NCBI GenBank assembly: GCA_973895155.1
Contig: OZ316891.1
Span: 25,233,899-25,297,898, forward strand
Length of the DNA stretch: 64,000 nt
Direction of reading: 5' to 3'
From: Marsupella aquatica
Lineage: Eukaryota > Plantae > Marchantiophyta
Below, in pieces: positions 57,673-64,000 of this stretch (positions are counted from its first letter, which is position 1; every line of letters starts with the position of its first letter). The notes beneath the pieces are model-generated. The model had not been told where the DNA came from. It did not search any database and saw only the letters and a list, made by a program, of their open reading frames with translations. The translations under genes were made by a program, and so were the position numbers.

Positions 57673-60306
57673 ATGTCGCACACGATCCTCTCCAGTTCGG
57701 CCATTCGATTCTGGACGCAGTTTCTATCTACCGGAAGGCACTTGGCCGACTCGTTGAAACACGCCAACCCACACCGATACAAAATCAAACGCGAGTACGA
57801 GAGAGCCATCCGCCTAGCAGGATGACACCGCTACATCCTTAACTTTGACTACCCGTCTCAGAGCGAGCTTTACCGACCAGCAGAGGGATCTGGGTACTTC
57901 TTCAACGGAGACAAATATATCGGTTTCTGGGAAGCATTGCTTCGGCTTCCGGACGAGGTCTTCAATATCCCGGGTACAATCGACTTGCAATGACATCACT
58001 TTGACCACATCCCTGCTCAGGTTCGGGCTATCATTAACAACGAGTTCAACACTACCCGTTTGACAGGGTCATCTGCACTTGCTTTGGAGAACTTCTACCC
58101 GCACCTACAGAGCTTCATGGGAACTAGAACCGCAACCACCGGCGCCGACCCAGTCGACCCCACCCGTACCAACACAGGCTCAGGCTCAGCTTCAGTCTCA
58201 GTCTCAGCCTAGCCAACCCCCACCGCCGATCGCCCTGCCAGCAGTACAAGTACGCTCCGTCATCAACGTTGTGGACCTTAGCGACGACGACGAAGCTACC
58301 CCACCCTTGCTCAGGCGGCCCAGAGGAGCAAACACTCGGGGGGCCGACACTACATTATCCCCTACTCGGACCCAAGGAGCGGCTCCAGCAGACAACACGG
58401 TGACCGTGGCCGCCCCGAGCCTATTACTAACGGCGGTAGCACTACCGGTGCCCGATAGAGAGGATGGGGAGGTGTCACCCTCCCCAAGCCAGTCACGGGG
58501 GAAGAAGAGGAAGGAACCCACCACTGCATCCGGGTTACCATTGGCCACGGTAGCCGTGGCCAAGGTGACAATGCACCGCATGGGGGAAAATGTGCATAAA
58601 AACATCCTCCATCCCAAGCATGCGGTGTACCTGAAGACTCAGGGATTCGAGCACCTCGCCTCTCTCCCCTGGAACACTTGCAGGTACTACGGGGAGAACA
58701 TGACAGAATTTGTCAAGAATTATGACGACGCACATCAACAGACTCGGCTGTGGGGAAGGAATATGTCCCTCACGGAAGAACGGCTCAAGATGATCTTTGG
58801 ATTACCCGAAGGTGACCATCGAGTCGAATCACGGGCTCTCGGGGGCAAGGGAGCCAAGTACCAATTCTTGAGTTTTCTTTCGGAGGGAGCAGTGGACAAT
58901 GGGTTTGTGATAAGGACCTGCCTCATCCCCAGGATAGCTGAGCGACTGGAATTCCAAAGGTACGCCCTCCATATGATGGAACCCTGGGGGGAGATCTCCG
59001 CCGCCCAGGTTATCCAGGTCGAAAACTATCGACCTAGGAGGTGGGCGTCGTACTTTGCTAAGAAATTCCATGAAGAGATGGAGCGGCAAAGGAAGACGCT
59101 ATACATTGGCGGAAAGGCGTATTTCGCTAGCCACATCGAGATCATTCTTGAGTGGTACGCTTGGTTTGATCGACGAACCCTTTCCTGTGTCAACGTTACA
59201 AAGCTGGTCCCGGCTAGGTGGGTTTTCCCGGCCTTGGAGAGACGGCCCCAACCCAAGGCCCGAGGTCCAGTGGACACACAAGCTTCACCCACCCCACCTC
59301 CACAAGTAGCTGTAGTCGTAACCGAGGAGGTACCGGATGGGTCGGTTATCGCAACCATCGGTGCGATCCAATAGGCCGGGCTAAGTACAGAAGTCGGTAC
59401 AACGGAGGCCTTACTCGAGCCCGGGCCCCCCAATGACCCGCCGGTGGCTATTTTGGGGAACCGGACATTGCAGTAGGAGGACACTCCAGCCCCTTCCAAC
59501 ACGTCCCAAGGGCTAGATGTCATTGCCCCGGCCCCCGCGCTTGTTGACGTCTGCCCGTGCCCAACTCCGGACAGACACAACCTGGACCACCCGGAACTCT
59601 TCGTATCGGGTACATTTCTGAATGGGCTTCTGGGAGATTTTTCTCATCAAATTGCCCGGGATACTGGGGAGTTCATGGCCCGAAAGGTCGCCTGTTTCTT
59701 CAATCAGGAGTTGGTTGCCGTAGTAAAGGCAGGTCGGGCCCAATCAGAGGCCCTTCAGAGGATAGAGCGGTACCGGGAGGAGTCCGTATACTTAAAGAAC
59801 AAGGTTGCGGCTCAAGAGGCTGAGCTTCTGCAACTACGACCCAAAGTTGTAGCCGCCGACGAGTCGTTAGCAAATACGCACGCCCTTACCGCCCTAGCCG
59901 AGCAGGCCAAAGCAGGGAACGAGGCCAAGATTTCACGGCTTCGGTCCCAGATTGACAGTTTGAAGAATCAAACTGTTATCTGGCAGAAAGACTTGGAGGA
60001 GGCCGAAGAACGGGCCCAACGGGACACTACGGAGATAGCCACGCTACAAGCCAAAGTAGCGCGGCTTCAGACCGAAGCCGAGAAGCAGGACCAGTTGGTG
60101 GGCAAGCTGACGTGCGACGCCCAGCAGCTCGAGGAGGCATGCTAGGAGGCAGCGGAGGAGACGGACGCAGCAAAGCGAGAGAACAAATCTCTGCTAGACC
60201 AAGTCCAGCTCCTCAAGTCGGACAACGACAGACTTTGCAGGCAGCGGGAGGACCGCTCCCACTCGGGCGGCTCTGGCAAGCGTGCCAGATATTAGCGGTG
60301 GAGTAG
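57673..60306 (+). pseudogene. LTR-encoded accessory ORF of family 3
   Basis: GFEHLASLPW...EFVKNYD...LWGRNMSLTEERLKMIFGLPEG...GGKAYFASHIEIILEWY, then a coiled coil (59675-60306); several stops and frameshifts. Confidence 0.8.
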
Positions 60307-61916
60307 GAATGGAATAGGGTTAGGAATAGCTAAGTCAGGCTATTGGGACAGGCACCTGCCTTAGTTATAGCAGCACTGCCATGCTGTCCAGCCTGCATAG
60401 ATTAGGATCTTCTAATAAGACACAGCCGTTTTTTGGCCTGACAGTCAGCTTAGACCTTAGTCAGCAAATCTTCGGGCGAGAGGACACTCCGTTCCTCGGC
60501 CCTTAGTATTTAGTGCACCACTCGGTAGAGGCAAGGGGGGGTTTTTAGTCTCAGAGTTGGACATCGGTGGTATGTGCGGGGAGTCCCGACCTCTGGGAGT
60601 GAAAGAGTACCAAGGGGAGGGGGGGTAGGACTAAGCTCTTTGGGCAAGTGCGGAGCCGGGCTTTGTTGTAGTGTACACCCTCGGCCTTGAACCTGTTCAT
60701 TCCGAAGCTGTCGGGTCAACCAAGTGTACACTTATGTCCCCTATGTAGTAAAATCCTTTCCCATTATTTCCTTCGTGTAAATCAAGATTGTATGCTTGTG
60801 CGCGTGTATGTGTGTGTGAATCTCGTGTATAGGTGACAACGTCGGGCCGAATGCACTACCCGAATTGTGCACGGGGTGCAGCTTGCGGGTATGTGGTTGC
60901 GAGCACGGGTTGAGGACCTGTATCATTGCATCCGGATCGAAGGTGGACAACACGAAGGCTTAGAAGTCCTTAAGCCGGGGTCGATCCTGTTATCGACTAA
61001 GGTACGTTCCGGCGGCGGAACACAAACCATACCTAGGAGATGTCCGTATCTAACAGTAGGCGCACTTAGCGCTAGTTTACGTGAATTGGGTGCATTACGT
61101 TTGTCCCTCCCTGCCCGAACCCTCATATTTACGAAGGATGTGCCCGTTTAAAGTTGAAGCCCGAGTTAAGGCCAAGGCTGATGACGTGACATATAGCGAG
61201 GAAGGCATTCGGAACATGAACATGTACAATTTCCAACCAGATGAGTCTCGCGTCAATATCCTCAAGGTTCCATGTGTAACCAAGAAGTCCATTGATCCGT
61301 TGGCATGTGTTGTGAACCCGTACCAAAAGCCTGTTGGTTTGGGGGCTTGGTTTGTTTCCCATTTCTCTGAGAAAGAGGATTGGGTTATAGATCTTTGTTG
61401 TGGAACCGGATCGATGTTAGCTGCTACGCTCCTCAATTCTTGTCAGGGTTGTGCTGTTGATAAGAGTTCTGTGCAGATTGATTTGGTGAAATCTTGGATC
61501 ATGACTCTGGAGTCAAATTGGAACTTATTTGAGGAATCCCAGATTGAAGGGCACGGCGTTGAAGGTCATGAGATTTAACCACCAATTGCAGGCCAATTGG
61601 GTGTTCTCGGGACATCGGCTTACAAAATTGAAGGCATGAAGGAGACCGAAGAGGAACAAGAAGAAACTTAGGAAAAGCCTCCCAGAACACCAAATGAGGA
61701 TGATCTCAACAAGATGTTATTAGATTAGTTAGATGTGCTAGTTAGGGTTTCTTGGCATCACAGTCATGCTGTTATCAATGAGGAATGGAGTTGTCAATAA
61801 ATTTATCGGATTCTGTATTCCATCAAGAAGAACCATTGTAACTTTGTTCATGGGATAAATTTATTGGACTTTGCATTCCATCAAGAAGCACTTTGCATTC
61901 CAGTCCCTCCACTTGA

Positions 61917-62097
61917 CTAGCTATTCCACTCCCTTGTTTGTCACGGTGTTCTAGTTGTCGAATGGAGTTGTCGATAATCTTATCGGACTTTGCATTTCAT
62001 GTTCTAGCTATTCCACTCCCTTGTTTGTCACGGTGTTCTAGCTGTCGAATGAAGTTGTCGATAATCTTATCGGACTTTGCATTCCATGCTCTAGCTA
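61917..62097. repeat. 87-bp tandem duplication, with degenerate related units at 61785-61900
   Basis: Units start at 61917 and 62004; each holds CGATAATCTTATCGGACTTTGCAT. Confidence 0.85.
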
Positions 62098-62221
62098 GTT
62101 TGTCATTACAATAATTTCAAAAAAAGATATCATTATAGCTTTGGAGAACAACATAGTCCCAGATGTTCATGACTGCGACCATCCTCATGGGAACGATAAC
62201 CATTATAACTTAACCTTTACA

Positions 62222-63844
62222 CTAGCTTCTACTATCAACGACCATAGTGTCCATCATTGCATTTTGAATGATTCGTCTTGTTTGTACAAGGAGAGTACTA
62301 TTTGCCAATAACGCAAAGTTATACGCATAAACGACAGTTTCTGCTAGGGACAATTCATCCTCCAATACTTTGCTAGACAAAGCTTCTTTCTCCGGATAAT
62401 ATTTGCCTTCAATTGCAAACTCCTCTTTCGAATCCATTGCATACCAAGTGATTTTAATTTGCTCGGGGATGTCGTTAATTTTTGTGAGAATCTTAGTCAC
62501 TTTTGCCATCAAGAATGGTCTTCCTGTTGGATCCTAATGGCCTGCTACACATATCATTGCAAATTTAGTATTCACCTCTAGATCCTTGAAGTCTCCAATT
62601 TCTGTGACTTTTCTTCAACTTCTAGAATACATGACTGTCCTCACACCCGCTATTTTATCAACCAAGATAGGTTCCATTGCTCCTCCCGTAGGATTGGTCG
62701 TAGGTTCCCTCTGTACGTTTACCTTGGGCCAACTCAAATCAAAACTCCATTGTGCAGGTTTCAGGTGGTGCTGAATCACTTCTTTTTGTTTGTCAAAAAA
62801 ATGACCCCACCATAGCCGATCTTTGTCGTCAAAGTAATTGAATCCATCTTCAATTGCTCTCTGATACTTTTGAAGAGTCAAAAAATGATTTTGTGCCGCC
62901 CGCTCGTCTTGTTCCTCAGTATCATTCTCTTGATCATCATTGTCTTCTGTCGCTCCTGTGGCCGACTTCAATGTCATTTGTGGTGCGACCCACATTCCAG
63001 ATGAAGGAATGTACCGAACAAATTCCACGGGCTCCCCCCAATCAGTTGTCGTTGAAAGATGTTTGGCATGGAAGACAGACCGAGCACTTCCATCTTTGAG
63101 TACTCTCGTAATCCAAAATTGTTTCTGAGCACTTATGTTGTGGAGAGTACGCAAAACCTGACCATCCATGTTGTTGTCATTTGCTTGATCCTTGTCAGAC
63201 ACAAAGTTTTTGAAATCGGCAACCTCATCGACAAAAAATATATTTGCCGTAGGATTGTAGGATTCCTCTATGATTGCGGAAAGAGTGTCCAACCAAAAAG
63301 CTTTTTGCTTGTTCAATTTTGAAGAAAACTTGCTAAATATTTGATCAATTTGATCATGGGTGTGCCCCACCAACAGAAAACCAACCTTTATTTTTTGGAA
63401 AACACCTATCTCCACCAACATGTTCAAATATGTCATAAGATATTTATTCTTGTTTTCCTGAGCAGTTATCAAGCTGGAGGTAAAGCATTGGAGGAAGCGG
63501 ACCTTCACATGTATTCAAAATATGCTAAATAACTTGGATGGTCAGGTTGCTATCATTGTGAATATTTGGATAGTTCAAAAAAACATTTGAACTCAATTCT
63601 TTGTTGAAGATCAAACAACCCACTACGTGCGGGACTACGTGTACAGGGATGAAATACTTCTCATCCATATTCTTCGGACACCGAATGAAATGAGGTAACT
63701 CTGTCTTATTTTGATCCATTCCATCAATACAAATACCCAAATATATCTCCGGACTCTTGTAACATTTGCTCCGGTGCTTTGCTAACTTCTCCCTCTCCAT
63801 TGCTTGTGCCTTCCGATGCTCGTTTAGCAATGTTGAGAATTTTC
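62222..63844 (-). pseudogene. Sola-like (DUF7869-type) DDD transposase, decayed; continues upstream through an intron
   Basis: ICIDGMDQNKT; LPPMLYLQLDNCSG/ENKNKY (1-bp frameshift near 63455); FLLVGHTHDQIDQIFS; TAG near 63525; splice acceptor at 63845-63846. Confidence 0.8.
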
Positions 63845-64000
63845 CTACAATAATAAAAATGTTTAGGACTTTGCTGGCCAGACAACGATAAATTTATGGG
63901 GTTCAGTATTCAAACACTTGATTTGATAACCATAATGTTAAACCGTGACAACAATAAATTTATCGGGATAAGTATTCAAACTGTTCAAATGATATATTCA

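Larger units (their letters stand above)
57207..61191 (+). mobile_element. Solo LTR, family 3 (3985 bp)
   Basis: TGTGACGTC...GACGTGACA termini with 5-bp TSD TATAG (57202-57206 and 61192-61196). Confidence 0.92.
55291..61578 (+). pseudogene. ParB-like domain fused to a beta-class N4C/N6A DNA methyltransferase; intron-containing, decayed, split by a solo LTR
   Basis: APFVLCV...YRIIGGNH (ParB/Srx-like); introns 55127-55290 and 56346-56625; LHVGDV, LAVADIPYG (motif IV), IWEK, NPYQKP, DWVIDLCCGTGS (motif I), AVD (motif II); removing the LTR and one TSD restores the frame GFYS|EEGIR. Confidence 0.85.

Noticed and set aside
55451-61578. Bacterial contamination or a restriction-modification system
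   Set aside because: GT-AG introns, a plant LTR insertion with TSD inside the gene, and no endonuclease partner
61753-61762. GGCATCACA matching the family-1 LTR terminus
   Set aside because: Only about 9 bp, with no flanking LTR homology

Overview
Eukaryotic, repeat-saturated DNA, probably from a non-seed land plant (inferred from Phygy/Selgy/Athila-like Ty3 proteins, a Bianca-type copia, spliceosomal introns and TTTAGGG repeats). No intact host gene was found. About 46 kb is a nest of non-chromovirus Ty3/gypsy retrotransposons plus one young, intact Ty1/copia element. The Ty3 LTRs are very large (about 3.8-4.7 kb) and each contains a complete long ORF (about 900-1200 codons; Athila/PMD-like globular domain plus coiled coil). 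This is shown by PPT and PBS positions and by three solo LTRs with perfect 5-bp TSDs, and it holds for three divergent families. The main family also has a conserved -1 frameshift signal between protease and RT and an internal copy of its PPT. One LTR junction is sealed with (TTTAGGG)4.6. The right third of the window is older DNA into which the LTRs inserted. It holds a decayed, intron-containing gene encoding a ParB-like domain fused to a beta-class N4C/N6A DNA methyltransferase, a second degenerate methyltransferase-like gene and a convergent Sola-like DDD transposase. Together these suggest a DNA transposon carrying bacterial-type amino-methyltransferases. All calls were made by eye with no database search.
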